A DNA stretch of 64,000 nt from an uncultured Methylomirabilota bacterium (GCA_963705305.1 OY970067.1:1440001-1504000), one strand, 5' to 3'; numbered from the stretch's first letter, positions 28,839-39,333 are shown. Translations and numbers: made by a program. The notes: generated by a model from the letters alone, not told the origin.

Positions 28839-29372
28839 TCAGGTTCCGCTGAAGCTTCCATAAACGGAGGAGTAGCCGACGGCCCCCCCCTCGCCCGTGT
28901 CCGGAGTCTCGGGGGTGTAGGTACCCGTGGCGCTGGCCCCCGTGCTGAACACGTAGATGTCGTCGTCCTGGGAGGGAGAGCCTCCCGCCGTCACCACGGG
29001 GGCGAGGCTGTAGGGGTTCGCCCAGGGGTCATTATCCGGGATGTTGCCGTAGCCGCTATTGCGGAGACTCTCGAGGGTTGTCGGATACGCGTTCTCATTG
29101 AGCGCATACACGATGATCTGGCTCACGGCAGTCTTGCTGTCGGCCGCCGCCCTGGAGTACTTGGCCCGGCGCTGGGCTTTGAGGATGTTAGGGATAGCGA
29201 TCATAGCGAGCACGGCGATGATCACGACGACGATCATCAGCTCGACGAGGGTGAACCCTTGGCGCGTGGCCCTCCGCGGTGTCCAACAGGCATGGGACCG
29301 GCCGGGACGGGGGGCACACCTGAGACTTTTACCTGCATGATGTTGATAGCAACCCGGCGAGGTTTGTATCAC
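28839..29372 (-). CDS. Type IV pilin / GspG-like prepilin; start uncertain
   Basis: RQG/FTLVELMIVVVIIAVLAMIAIP cleavage-methylation motif; YP..L..L, DPWANPY. Confidence 0.85.
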   Translation of the reverse strand: MIQTSPGCYQHHAGKSLRCAPRPGRSHACWTPRRATRQGFTLVELMIVVVIIAVLAMIAIPNILKAQRRAKYSRAAADSKTAVSQIIVYALNENAYPTTLESLRNSGYGNIPDNDPWANPYSLAPVVTAGGSPSQDDDIYVFSTGASATGTYTPETPDTGEGGAVGYSSVYGSFSGT

Positions 29373-29396
29373 GTTGACACCTTTTACATGAAACCG

Positions 29397-29412
29397 TGCA
29401 TAACGGATACCA
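29397..29412 (-). promoter_or_regulatory. Putative sigma54 promoter of the pilin gene
   Basis: Minus strand TGGTAT-CCGTT-ATGCA with correct GG/GC spacing. Confidence 0.55.
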
Positions 29413-29620
29413 CAATGATCCGCCACCACAGGCTCTGGGCCGATTACCGAAAGCACCAGTGAAGCTCATAGGTTAGGCTTGAATCAGGGAATCGGCCCAA
29501 GAGTGCAGGGGGGGGTCAGGATTGGCAGCCCGCCTGACGTTCTACGGTACCCATGGACCGAGTTTGTCAGTAGATAAGAAAGAGCGTGGGATGAAAGTAG
29601 AAGCCACAATATCCGTCGCC

Positions 29621-30484
29621 TTACCGGAAGGGCGCCAGCGAGCGCAGGAGGTAAGTTGGACGGGGAGACTGGGACTCGGATACCTTCGCCGAGACCAGGA
29701 CGCCCGTTGTCATCAACACCGAGTCGATCCCGAAATCGTTGGCGCCGCGAATGTCCGTCTCGAGCTGGTCACCCAACATCACCATGTCCCGGGTGCCGGC
29801 CCGCCGCAACGCCTCGGCGAAGAGAGGAGAATTGGGTTTTCCGAGCCGCAGAAAGCGCCCCTCCGCCCGGTCAGGGTGCCGCAATTGCAGCGCCGCTTCG
29901 AGGATCAGGGCGAGGCTCCCGCTGGCCACGCCGAACCGCCCGTCCGCGTCTGGATAGATCAGGTCGGGATTGAGGAGGATAAGGTGGGCGGGCTCTTGCC
30001 GATCCAGCTTCGAGAGCAGGGCCGTCAACACCGTGTCCACTGTCTCACGGAAGGGGAAACCGTTCAGATCGCCCAGCACGAGTGCGTCGAAGGGGCGGTC
30101 GGGTGCCACGGGCCGCCCGCCCGCCCGCTCCACATAGCGTGCGGTGTCGGCCGGACCCAACACGACACAGCGGGCGCCCGTGAGGCGGCGATCGGCAAAA
30201 TAGCCGGGCAAGAGTTCGCCGGGCGTGATAATCCGGCCGGGCTCGATGGCCAGCCCATATGCTCGGTAGCGTCGGGCCGCCGTTTCGGGGAGCTGTGAGG
30301 CGTCGTTGGTCAGGATGTAATACGGCCTGTTTGATCGGTTGAGCTCGCTGATCAATGCCGCCGCCCCGGGCAGCGGGCCGTCGGCATGGACGAGGACCCC
30401 GTAGGCGTCGAAGAGCACGACGGGGTAGCGGGCCAAGATTTCTTCTATGTTGGTTTCGGGCACTGCGTTCACGTCGCTCTCCAT
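29621..30484 (-). CDS. HAD-superfamily hydrolase, subfamily IIA
   Basis: LFDAYGVL, ILTND, NPD, GKP, MLGDQLETDIRGA. Confidence 0.88.
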   Translation of the reverse strand: MESDVNAVPETNIEEILARYPVVLFDAYGVLVHADGPLPGAAALISELNRSNRPYYILTNDASQLPETAARRYRAYGLAIEPGRIITPGELLPGYFADRRLTGARCVVLGPADTARYVERAGGRPVAPDRPFDALVLGDLNGFPFRETVDTVLTALLSKLDRQEPAHLILLNPDLIYPDADGRFGVASGSLALILEAALQLRHPDRAEGRFLRLGKPNSPLFAEALRRAGTRDMVMLGDQLETDIRGANDFGIDSVLMTTGVLVSAKVSESQSPRPTYLLRSLAPFR

Positions 30485-30710
30485 GGTGGGAAATCACGCG
30501 GGAATCCGACAGGTCCGACCGTAACTGTACCCTGCGCGGTCTGAAACGGAAAGGGGGGGCTCCGGGCGCGGCGTCATCCCGGGAGGAAGCCGGCTGGGGA
30601 TGAGCCCCGGGCGACCAGGTCCGTCTCGGAAGGCAACGGGAGAGGTGGCGGGTCCTGGAAAACGGGAGCCCCACCTAAACCGATTGCGGGACGGGCGGGC
30701 GCCGCGGTGC

Positions 30711-31109
30711 TCAAGGCTTGGAGGGAGGAGGGTCGGCCGTTTTCCCGAGGAGCCGGCACAACGCGGCGTACACGTCATCCAGCTTCATCGGCTTGGGCAG
30801 GAAGACGTCGGCGCCGAGCTCCAGCGCCTGGCGACGGACCGCGGGGTCGGCCGCGGCCGAGATGACGATCACCGGTATCTTCTTCGGCCGCGCCAGCGCC
30901 TTGAGCCGCTTCAACACGTCCAACCCGGTGCCGCCCGGCATCATGATGTCCAGCAGGACGGCTGCAGGTGGAGTCCGGCGGATGGCCATGCTCGTCTGCA
31001 TGCCGTCCTTGGTGACGACGACGTTGAAGCCCCTGGGCTGCAGGAAATCGGAGAGCATCTGGGTGATCAGCCCGTCGTCGTCCGCCACCACAATGGTCTC
31101 TTGGCTCAT
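30711..31109 (-). CDS. Single-domain response regulator (receiver)
   Basis: VADDD, LLDIMMPG, ISA, KP; AGGAG RBS. Confidence 0.88.
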   Translation of the reverse strand: MSQETIVVADDDGLITQMLSDFLQPRGFNVVVTKDGMQTSMAIRRTPPAAVLLDIMMPGGTGLDVLKRLKALARPKKIPVIVISAAADPAVRRQALELGADVFLPKPMKLDDVYAALCRLLGKTADPPPSKP

Positions 31110-31183
31110 GGCCGGTGCTCCTGGCAAAGCCTTCATGACAGCGACATTCCCCGGGCACGGGCGCCCCAGGATGCCCGGCGGGA

Positions 31184-31212
31184 AGCCTAGCCAAGGGCCG
31201 CCCGGGTGTCAA
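31184..31212 (-). promoter_or_regulatory. Sigma70-type promoter of the receiver gene
   Basis: TTGACA-17 nt-TAGGCT on the minus strand. Confidence 0.6.
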
Positions 31213-31260
31213 CCGGAAAGCGCGCCGACGGGCGGGCCGGACCGGACCGAACAAGCCTAG

Positions 31261-31451
31261 CAGGATGCTGAAAAAACCGTTTTCGGCGAGGCTGCTCAAA
31301 AAGGCCCGGATGCAAGGCGGCCTCACCCATCCCTCGGGATGGGTAGCCGGGGCAGGGCACCCGCCGCTGGCGGGTCAAGGCGTACTTCCGGTACGCCGCA
31401 ACGAGTGCCCGAGCGGGTCAACGCCGCAGATGGGCCTTTTTCAACAGCCTC
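31261..31451. mobile_element. MITE-like palindromic element, copy 1
   Basis: Imperfect terminal inverted repeats (CAGGATGCTGAAAAA and inner GAGGCTGCTCAAAAAGGCCC vs GGGCCTTTTTCAACAGCCTC); CTAG on both sides; homologous to 41484-41636. Confidence 0.8.
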
Positions 31452-32711
31452 CTAGATCGCGCCGGAGGCCTTGAGGGCGGCAACGTCCTCCGGCGAGTAG
31501 CCGAGGAGGTCCTCCAGGACGACGGTGTTGGCCGCGCCCATGGGCAGACCCAGGAATCGGATCTTCCCGGGGGTGGCCGACAGCCTGATGGGGATCTGGG
31601 GAAACGGGATCTGGCGCCCGGAGACGGGGTCGTAGACGGCGGTGATGCTGCCCCGGGCCTGGACGTGGGGATCCCGGGTGATCTCCGCCATGTCGTAGAC
31701 CGGACCGATGGTCACGCCCGCCCGCTCGCACTGGTCCAGGACTTCGTACAGCGAGCGCGCCTTGATCCAGTCGCCGATGACGCGGTTCAACACTTCACGG
31801 CTCGACGTCCGGATCCGCTCGTGATTGTCCCGGAAGCCGGGGGCCTGCTTCAGCTCCGGATGGCCCACGAGGTCCATCAACCGCTCGAAAGTGGCCTGCG
31901 AGCTGGCCGAGAGAGCCGCCCATTTTCCGTCCCTGGTCTGGTAGTTGTTTCGCGGGGCGGTGTAGTGCGACTCGTTTCCCTGGGGCATGGGGGGGACGCC
32001 GGAGAGCGCGTAGATCAGGTAGTCGGCTCCCAGAAAACTGAAGAGGGGCTCGTACAGGGAGAGCTCCAGCTCCTGCCCGCCGCACTCTCCACGCTTCTGA
32101 TGGCGGAGGGCCATAGTCAGGCCCAGGGCCAGATGCATGCCGGCGATCATATCCGCCAGGGCCAGCGGGGGGCTGGTGGGCGGCCCCCCGGGTTGGGCGT
32201 TCATGTGGGTGAAGCCGCTCATGGCCTCGGCCAGCGTGCCGAAGCCGGGCTTATGGGAGCTTGGACCGGTCTGCCCGTAACCCGAGATGCGCCCGATGAT
32301 GAGGCCCTTGTTGATCTCCCAGAGGGTGGCGGCGGGAAAGCCCAGGCGGTCGAGGGTGCCGGGACGCATATTCTCCATGAGGATGTCGGATTGGGCCAGG
32401 AGCCGGGTGAAGATCTCCTTTCCCCGGGGATGCTTCAGGTTCAGGGTGATGGGCAGCTTGTTCCGCGAGGTGGCCAGCCAGAAGGGCTGGTGCCGCTCTT
32501 CGACCACGGCCCAGTAGCGGATGGCGTCGGGAACATTCGGGGGCTCGACCTTGATCACCTCGGCGCCGTAGTCGCCCAGGAACGTGGCCCCGAACGGCGC
32601 CGCCACGACCGATCCCATATCGATGATCCGGACGCCCGCGAGCGCGGCGCCCGACCGTGCCGCCTCATTCCGCTGGGCCCGAAGAAACCCTGTGAGATCC
32701 GCCTCATTCAT
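31452..32711 (-). CDS. CoA-transferase family III (CaiB/BaiF)
   Basis: GAEVIKVEPP, RNK, ENMRPG, SGYGQTGP, EAMSG, LADMIAG. Confidence 0.92.
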   Translation of the reverse strand: MNEADLTGFLRAQRNEAARSGAALAGVRIIDMGSVVAAPFGATFLGDYGAEVIKVEPPNVPDAIRYWAVVEERHQPFWLATSRNKLPITLNLKHPRGKEIFTRLLAQSDILMENMRPGTLDRLGFPAATLWEINKGLIIGRISGYGQTGPSSHKPGFGTLAEAMSGFTHMNAQPGGPPTSPPLALADMIAGMHLALGLTMALRHQKRGECGGQELELSLYEPLFSFLGADYLIYALSGVPPMPQGNESHYTAPRNNYQTRDGKWAALSASSQATFERLMDLVGHPELKQAPGFRDNHERIRTSSREVLNRVIGDWIKARSLYEVLDQCERAGVTIGPVYDMAEITRDPHVQARGSITAVYDPVSGRQIPFPQIPIRLSATPGKIRFLGLPMGAANTVVLEDLLGYSPEDVAALKASGAI

Positions 32712-32810
32712 GATCGCTCCCGAGGGGTTGCCGGCGTTCTTCTTCGGCAGGGCTCCTGTCTGAGAATTCCGCCCCGTGAATGGCGGCAATGGCGTTCGGC
32801 CCCGTTCGCG

Positions 32811-33738
32811 TCACCGCAGGCGCGCCAGGGCTTCGGTCTTGCGCCGCTCCACCGCAGCCACGGCGGCGGCCTGCTCCAGGATGCGCCGCGATCGCTGGTA
32901 CACCGGCGTGTCCACCATCGCGCCGGCCATGTTCACCGAGGCGGTTCCCCGCCGCAGCCCCTCTTCGAACGTCTGCACCGCGACCTGCGCGCGCTCGACC
33001 TCACGCGGGGCGGGAGAAAAAACGCGGTTCAGCACCGCCACTTGGAGGGGGTGGATGCAGGAAGCCCCCTCGCACCCGAGGTCGCGGGCCCGGGACGCGG
33101 ATCGCTCGAACGCGTAGAGGTCGTGAAAGTTGGCGATGCTTCCGAGGAGGCCGATCGGGCTCTTCCCGGCAGCCTTGCAGACCGTCACCAGCTTCGAGAG
33201 ACCGTAGAGCAGCTCGATGCCGTCCGCCGAGGGCTCGACCCCCAGCTCCAGGCAGTAATCCTCCGGCCCCAGGCCGATCGTCCGGACTCGCCGGCCGGTC
33301 GCGGCGATCGCCTCCAGGTTCAGCAGACCGCGGGGGCTTTCGACGGTCAGTTCGAGGGCGATCCGCCCGGCGGGGAGCCCCCGGCTCCTCTCCAGCCGAT
33401 CGATTCTCGCTGGCCACGCGCACGACGTTCTCGGCCGACTCCACCTTGGGAACACAGATCCCATCCACGCCGGGACGGACCGCCGCATCCAGCTCCTCGA
33501 GGAGAGCCGTTCCCTCGTTGTTGATCCGGAGAAACACCTCGCCCCCGCCCCGCCCGACCAGGGGGACGGTCTGCGGGACGAGCTGCCGGGCGCGCTCTTT
33601 CTCCGCGGACGGGACTGAATCTTCCAGGTCCAGCATGACGGCGTCCGCTCCGCGCAGGTGCGCCTTCTCGACGAACCGCGGAACGTTGATCGGCAGGATG
33701 AGGGTGGACCGCCTGATGGGACAGTCGCCTGATCTCAC
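32811..33738 (-). CDS. HpcH/HpaI aldolase / citrate lyase beta (CitE)-family CoA-ester lyase, +1 frameshift near 33404
   Basis: RRSTL, DAVMLDLEDSV, LRIN, PKVES in one frame; VESPRG, GPEDY, CIHPLQV, MVDTPV in the other. Confidence 0.88.
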
Positions 33739-34004
33739 CGCCGCGCCTCCCCTGTTTCGGGCCACGCACACGGGTCGGCGAGACGCTACCCGCGAGGACG
33801 GAGGGAAGTCAAGGAAAAAGGGCCGGAGGCCCGGGGACGAAGAAGGCGACCGCGGCGCGGCGCCGGGCCGCTTCCGGATTAGCAAATTCTAATCATGGTT
33901 TAATCCTCCTCACATCTTGTCACCCTATGCTGAGCGGGTACCCGGGGCCGTCCGCGTGTCGCGGATGGTGAGATCGGGGAGACAAACCATAGGGAGGTAG
34001 GCCC

Positions 34005-35502
34005 ATGTGGCAGCGATGGAAGCAGTGGATGACGCGCGGAAACGGGCCGCTGGCGCTGGCCGTGGCCGGCCTGTTGGTGGGGAGCGTACTCGGGCTGGGG
34101 CTCGGCGGCGGATGGGGCGGACAGACGCAGGCGCGGGCCGCGATGAGCGCTGTCGTGGCCGCGCCCCCGGCCGGAGCGCCGGTCAGCTTCGCCGATCTGG
34201 CGGCAAGCCTGGAGCCGACGGTGGTCAACATCCGGGTGATCAAGGTCGAGAGAGTGTCCGGCTCCCCCTTCCCGGGAATCGAGGGGTTCGGCCAGGGGTC
34301 CCCGTTCGGCGAGATGTTCAAGCAGTTCTTCGGGGACATCCCCCAAGGCCCCCGCGAGTTCAAGCAGCAAGGGGCGGGCAGCGGCTTCATCATCAGGAAA
34401 GACGGGCTGATCATCACCAACAATCACGTGATCGAGGGGGCCAAGGAGATCACGGTCACGCTGGCGGACAAGGAAGAGTACCCGGCCAAGGTGATCGGCC
34501 GCGATCCCAAGACCGACATCGCGCTGCTGAAGATCCAGGCCGAGACCGAGCTGCCGGCGGCTCCCCTGGGCGACTCGGAGCACCTGCGGGTCGGGGACTG
34601 GGTCTTGGCCGTCGGCAATCCGTTCGGCCTCAACAACACGGTTACGGCCGGGATCGTGAGCGCCAAGGGGCGAGTCATCGGCGCAGGCCCCTACGATGAT
34701 TTCATCCAGACGGACGCCTCCATCAATCCCGGCAATTCCGGAGGTCCGCTCTTCAACCTGCAGGGAGAGGTGGTGGGGATCAACACGGCCATCATCCCCA
34801 ACGGACAAGGGATCGGCTTTGCCGTGCCGGTGAACCAGATGAAGAGCTTGCTGCCGCAGCTGGAGACAAGGGGGACTGTCACCCGCGGGTACTTGGGGGT
34901 GAGCGTCCAGGCCATCACGCCCGAGCTGGCCAAGAGCCTGCGCCTCAAGGAGGCCACGGGGGCGCTGGTTGCCGACGTGACGAAGGGGAGTCCGGCGGAG
35001 AAGGCTGGCATCAAGTCGGGGGACGTCATCACGGAGTTCAACGGGAAGCCGGTCACCGACATGCAGGCGCTGCCTGCCCTGGTGGCATCGACGGCCGTGG
35101 GCTCCAAGGTCCCCGTGACGATCGTGCGCGACGGCACGAAGCAGACGGTGGAGATTGCGGTGGGCCAGATGCCGGGCCAGTCCGGAGAACCGACCGCCGA
35201 GGCGCCGGCGGCAACGCGGAGCACGTGGGGCCTCACCGTGCGGGACGTGAGTCCGCAAGAAGCGCATAGCCTGGGCGTGACGCCCGGCGGCGGAGTCCTG
35301 GTGGCCGGCGTAGAGCCGGGGAGCGCGGCCGACCAGGCCGGCGTGCATCCCGGAGACGTCTATCCTGGAGGTCGCGCACCAGAAGGTGACGTTGGCGAAG
35401 GATTTGCAGACGCTGGCGGCCAAAGCGCCGGCCGGCGAGCCACAGCTCCTCCTGCTTCGCCGGGGCGGCGCCAGCCTGTTTGCCGCCCTGCAGCCGAAAT
35501 AG
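34005..35502 (+). CDS. DegP/HtrA (Do) serine endoprotease with two PDZ domains, +1 frameshift at about 35361
   Basis: GSGFII, TNNHV, DIALLK, QTDASINPGNSGGPL; removing T35361 gives GDVILEV...LLLLRRGGASLFAALQPK* ending at 35502. Confidence 0.9.
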
Positions 35503-35582
35503 GTCGACTAGGGCTGGAAGGAATGCCGGTCCCTGCCGCCGCCTCGGCGGCAGGGACCGGCGCGACCGACCGGGAGACAGTG

Positions 35583-35996
35583 ATGGAAAGCATCATCGAA
35601 TATCGAGACGATCTCCCGCCGAAGAACGAGTACCCCACTCACATTATCTCGCCCCCCTATCCGTCGTCCTGCTGCCTGGACCACATGGAGCAGATCGGCG
35701 ATCCGAGCATCGATGCGGACTGGCGCTTCTATTACAAGCGCTGCACGGTCTGCGGGTACAGCGTCCGCTGCTTCTACGCTCCCAGCTTGATGGCGGTTCT
35801 CAAGGCCACCAAGAAGATCCGGCGAGCGCTGGCCGAGATGAACCTGGGCACCGGCAAGCGGAAGCGCCGTACGCGGGCCGAGATCGATGCAGAGATCGCC
35901 GCTGCGGAGCGGACGCTGCCGGAGGAGGACGAGGTTGGTCTTCAGCCGGTGCGCGCCGCCGGCCGTCACCGCGGGGACCATTCGTCGGCCGCCTGA
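35583..35996 (+). CDS. Cys-rich hypothetical protein (possible Zn ribbon)
   Basis: Own GGGAG RBS; CC...CxxC; fused to DegP in the ORF track only because of the frameshift. Confidence 0.65.
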   Translation: MESIIEYRDDLPPKNEYPTHIISPPYPSSCCLDHMEQIGDPSIDADWRFYYKRCTVCGYSVRCFYAPSLMAVLKATKKIRRALAEMNLGTGKRKRRTRAEIDAEIAAAERTLPEEDEVGLQPVRAAGRHRGDHSSAA

Positions 35997-36244
35997 GGGT
36001 GCACCGAGGGGACGCGAAAATGGCGTCCGCCGCGCCCGACCCCCCTTCCGGACCCCCTGACAGGGACCCCCACTCCTACGTCGCCCCTCTTGTGCGGGAG
36101 TCCGCAACAACGGACCCGAGCACGGGGGCCGCGCCCGCGCGTCTTCCGCCCATCGGGATCCCGTGATACGATGTCCCGGCTTGACGGCGGCGGCCGGGGG
36201 GTGCGCGCCGCCGTGCCCGAGTAACGAAGGGGCGGCCGGCTTCC

Positions 36245-38254
36245 ATGATCCAGCTCGAAGAGGTCAACAAGTCGTTCGGCGGCCAGATCGTGCTCCGCGA
36301 TCTGACCTGGCACATCACCCGTGGGCAGCGTGTCGGCCTGGTCGGTCCCAATGGGGCGGGCAAGACGACCCTGTGCCGCGTCCTGATCGGAGAGATCGAG
36401 GTCGACTCGGGCCAGGTGCGCCGTGCCAAGTCCACGACCATCGGCTATCTGCCGCAGGATATCACCAGCGCCGGGGACGGGACCGTCCTGGGGCACCTTC
36501 TGGCGGGGTTCGCCGAAGTGCAGCGGCTGGAGGCGGAGCTGGAGCTGCTGGCCGGCGAGATGGCGGAAGCAGAGGGCGGCGCCTCCGAGGAGATCGTGCA
36601 GCGGTACGGGAATCTCCAGCATCAATACGAAGCGCTCGGCGGGTACGGCCTGGAGGCACGGGCTAAGGCAATCCTGGGCGGCCTGGGATTCGGGCCCGAC
36701 AACGTCCACGCCCCTCTGGCGGGATTTTCGGGGGGCTGGCGCATGCGGGTGGCCCTGGGGCGGCTTCTGCTGCAGGGGCCGGACCTGCTTCTCCTGGATG
36801 AGCCCACCAATCACCTGGACCTGGAGTCCCTCCAGTGGCTCGAGGATTTTCTGGGGGCCTATGAGGGGACCGTCGTCATCATCTCCCACGACCGGTATTT
36901 CCTGAACCGCGTCGTGGACCGCATCGCGGAGCTGGAGCTGGGACGCTTCGCGCTATATGCGGGGGATTACGACGATTACCAGGCCCAGAAGCTCCAGCGG
37001 CAGGAGCAGCTCGAAGCCGCCCAGCGGAGCCAAGCCGAACAGATCGAGAAGATGGAGCGGTTCATCCGGAAGTTCCGCTACAAGGCCACCAAAGCCCGCC
37101 AGGTGCAGAGCCGGATCAAGCAGCTGGACCGGATGGAGCACGTGGAGATGATCCGCGCTCCCAAACGGATCCACTTCCGCATCCCGCAGCCGTCGCGTAG
37201 CGGGACGTTGGTCGCCGAGCTGCGCCGACTTCACAAGGCTTATGGCTCCGTGGTGGTCTATGCCGGGGTCGACTTCCGCCTGCTGCGGGGGGAGCGGGTG
37301 GCCTTGGTGGGACTCAACGGGGCCGGCAAGAGCACGCTGCTCAAGATCGTTGCCGGAGTCCTGCCCTTCGAGCGGGGAGAGCGGGTCCTGGGCCACAATG
37401 TGAGCGTTCACTATTACGCCCAGCATCAACTGGACGCCCTGACCCCCCGCAACACGGTGCTGGAGGAGCTGGCCGCGGTCGCCGATCTGGCAATGCAGTC
37501 CCGCCTGCGGACCATCCTGGGGGCCTTCCTGTTCACCGGCGACGACGTGGAGAAACCGGTGGCCGTCCTGTCGGGAGGCGAGAAGAGCCGGCTGGCCCTG
37601 GCTAAGATGCTGCTGCGCCCGACCAACCTCCTGTGCCTGGACGAGCCCACGAACCACTTGGACGTCACGGCGCGCGAGGTCCTGGAAGAGGCGCTGGATC
37701 AGTTCGAAGGCTCCATTCTCTTCATCTCGCACGACCGCTACTTCATCAACCGCATCGCCACCAAGGTCGTGGAGGTGCGGGAGGGCAGGCTGTTCGAGTT
37801 CGCGGGCGACTACGACTACTACCTGGAGAAGAAGGATGTCGGTCAGCCCTCAGCCCTCAGCCCTCAGCCCTCGGCCAGAACTGTGAAGACCGAGCCTGCC
37901 GCCCATCCCCAGCCCCCGGCCCTTGGCTCCGGGCCCGAGAGAGCCGCGGAGCCGAAGGTGAGTGCGAAGGAGATCCGACGGAGCGAGGCGGAGGCACGCC
38001 AGCGGAAAAGCCGGGAGGTCGGGCCTCTCAAAACCCGGCTGAGGGAGCTGGAGTCGGAGATCGCGGCCATGGAGGGGCGCATCCAGCACCTCACCGATCA
38101 GATGGCCAATCCCGACCTGTACAAGGACGGCGAGCGGGCTCGGGAGGTGGCACGGGAGCGGAAGGGGCTGGAGGAGCAGGCGAGAGCCCTCTACAGCAAG
38201 TGGGAAGAGCTGGCCCTCAGGCTGGAGAGCGCCGCGACCGACGGCGGGCGATGA
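36245..38254 (+). CDS. ABC-F family ribosome-associated ATPase
   Basis: Two ABC domains (GPNGAGKT, FSGGWRMR, LDEPTNHLD; GLNGAGKS, LSGGEK), no TM, C-terminal coiled coil. Confidence 0.93.
   Translation: MIQLEEVNKSFGGQIVLRDLTWHITRGQRVGLVGPNGAGKTTLCRVLIGEIEVDSGQVRRAKSTTIGYLPQDITSAGDGTVLGHLLAGFAEVQRLEAELELLAGEMAEAEGGASEEIVQRYGNLQHQYEALGGYGLEARAKAILGGLGFGPDNVHAPLAGFSGGWRMRVALGRLLLQGPDLLLLDEPTNHLDLESLQWLEDFLGAYEGTVVIISHDRYFLNRVVDRIAELELGRFALYAGDYDDYQAQKLQRQEQLEAAQRSQAEQIEKMERFIRKFRYKATKARQVQSRIKQLDRMEHVEMIRAPKRIHFRIPQPSRSGTLVAELRRLHKAYGSVVVYAGVDFRLLRGERVALVGLNGAGKSTLLKIVAGVLPFERGERVLGHNVSVHYYAQHQLDALTPRNTVLEELAAVADLAMQSRLRTILGAFLFTGDDVEKPVAVLSGGEKSRLALAKMLLRPTNLLCLDEPTNHLDVTAREVLEEALDQFEGSILFISHDRYFINRIATKVVEVREGRLFEFAGDYDYYLEKKDVGQPSALSPQPSARTVKTEPAAHPQPPALGSGPERAAEPKVSAKEIRRSEAEARQRKSREVGPLKTRLRELESEIAAMEGRIQHLTDQMANPDLYKDGERAREVARERKGLEEQARALYSKWEELALRLESAATDGGR
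37843..37876 (+). repeat. Heptamer tandem repeat (TCAGCCC)x4 plus one imperfect unit inside ABC-F
   Basis: tcagccc tcagccc tcagccc tcagccc tcggcc. Confidence 0.9.
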
Positions 38255-38303
38255 CCCGGATTTTCCCTTGCCTGACTCTGAAAGCCTGGGCTACACTCAC
38301 AGC

Positions 38304-38833
38304 ATGACGAAGAACGCACTGGCGGTTCGCCGTCGGCGCGGGGCGCGCCACGCGACGCAAGGCCCCCCCCACCCCCGCCCCTCAGACTGCGGCATTACAA
38401 GCACGTCTACTGGATGACGGATGACGGCCCCATGGTCAGCGCCTACCGGGCGGTGGTCGTCCACGACGGCTGCTCGGGCTGCCTGGTCTGCGGCGCCGGG
38501 ACCACCGACTGGTTCATGGAGTTCGCCCGCCTGGCCCGCGACCTCGTCGGCATCAATCTGCGGGACTGCCTGCATTGGGGGCCGCTCCACGACAGTCCGC
38601 GGCCCTTGATCGCGCCGGCCTCCAACCTGGACATCTGCAACCGCGGGACCCTCGAGCGCCTGCGCACGGCCTACTACCGGCTGCCCGAAGAGCAGCGACC
38701 CCGCCTGGAGTCCGCGCCGCTGTCCAACGGAGGGTACATGAGCCAGGCGCAGCGGTTCGACGCCTCGGTGGCCGTTCTGCGGCGGATGATCGAACTCTGG
38801 GAGGACGGCCAGTATATCGGCTGGCCGAGCTAG
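38304..38833 (+). CDS. Hypothetical protein; probable 1-nt frameshift in the C-run at 38363-38370
   Basis: TTGCCT-18-TACACT then ATG 38304; adding one C joins it to ORF 38414 (GPPPPPPLRLRHYKHVYWM...CSGCLVCG). Confidence 0.55.
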
Positions 38834-38914
38834 GGCCGGCAGACGGGAATACGAAACGGCTGGAGGAAGGGGCCTCCAGCCGTTTTTGTGTTCGCACCGG
38901 CCGCCGCCCGGATC

Positions 38915-39265
38915 TCAGCCCGGTGTCCCAAGGAGCTCGGCATAAACCTCGGGCAGGAATCCCCGGACGGCCGTTGTTCCGGCGATGAGGACCGGAATCC
39001 GCATCTGGCCGTCGAGGTGGACGAAATGGCGCCGCAGGGCTTCGCCGGGCACCTCCTCCTGATCGCGGTCCCAGAGAAAGACCTCGTCCCCCGCCTTCAC
39101 GAAGTACCGTCGGCAGGGGCGGATGATATCCAGCGTGGCGGAGGCGTCTAGCGGCTCGGCGGCGACCTCGTGGCCGGTGAAGGCGATGCCGTGGCGCGCG
39201 AGATACTCTCTGGCCTGATCGCAGGCGGAGCAGCCGTCGCGGTAATACAGACTCACCTCGGTCAT
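38915..39265 (-). CDS. ArsC/Spx/glutaredoxin-like thioredoxin-fold protein
   Basis: YYRDGCSACDQAREYL...MRIPVL...GF; GGAGG RBS. Confidence 0.75.
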   Translation of the reverse strand: MTEVSLYYRDGCSACDQAREYLARHGIAFTGHEVAAEPLDASATLDIIRPCRRYFVKAGDEVFLWDRDQEEVPGEALRRHFVHLDGQMRIPVLIAGTTAVRGFLPEVYAELLGTPG

Positions 39266-39333
39266 GAGAGCCTCCGAGCGCAACCCGACAGCCCTCCGGG
39301 GCAGGCGGACTCCCGCTGACACTGCTGTTGTGC

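Noticed and set aside
35018..35030. Further GGGGACGT matches inside degP, pfkB and glyS
   Set aside because: Within coding sequence and lacking the AT-rich tandem repeat; chance matches
34005..35996. 663-aa DegP fused to a Cys-rich domain
   Set aside because: Artefact of a 1-nt insertion at about 35361; the second PDZ finishes in another frame at 35502 and the downstream part has its own RBS
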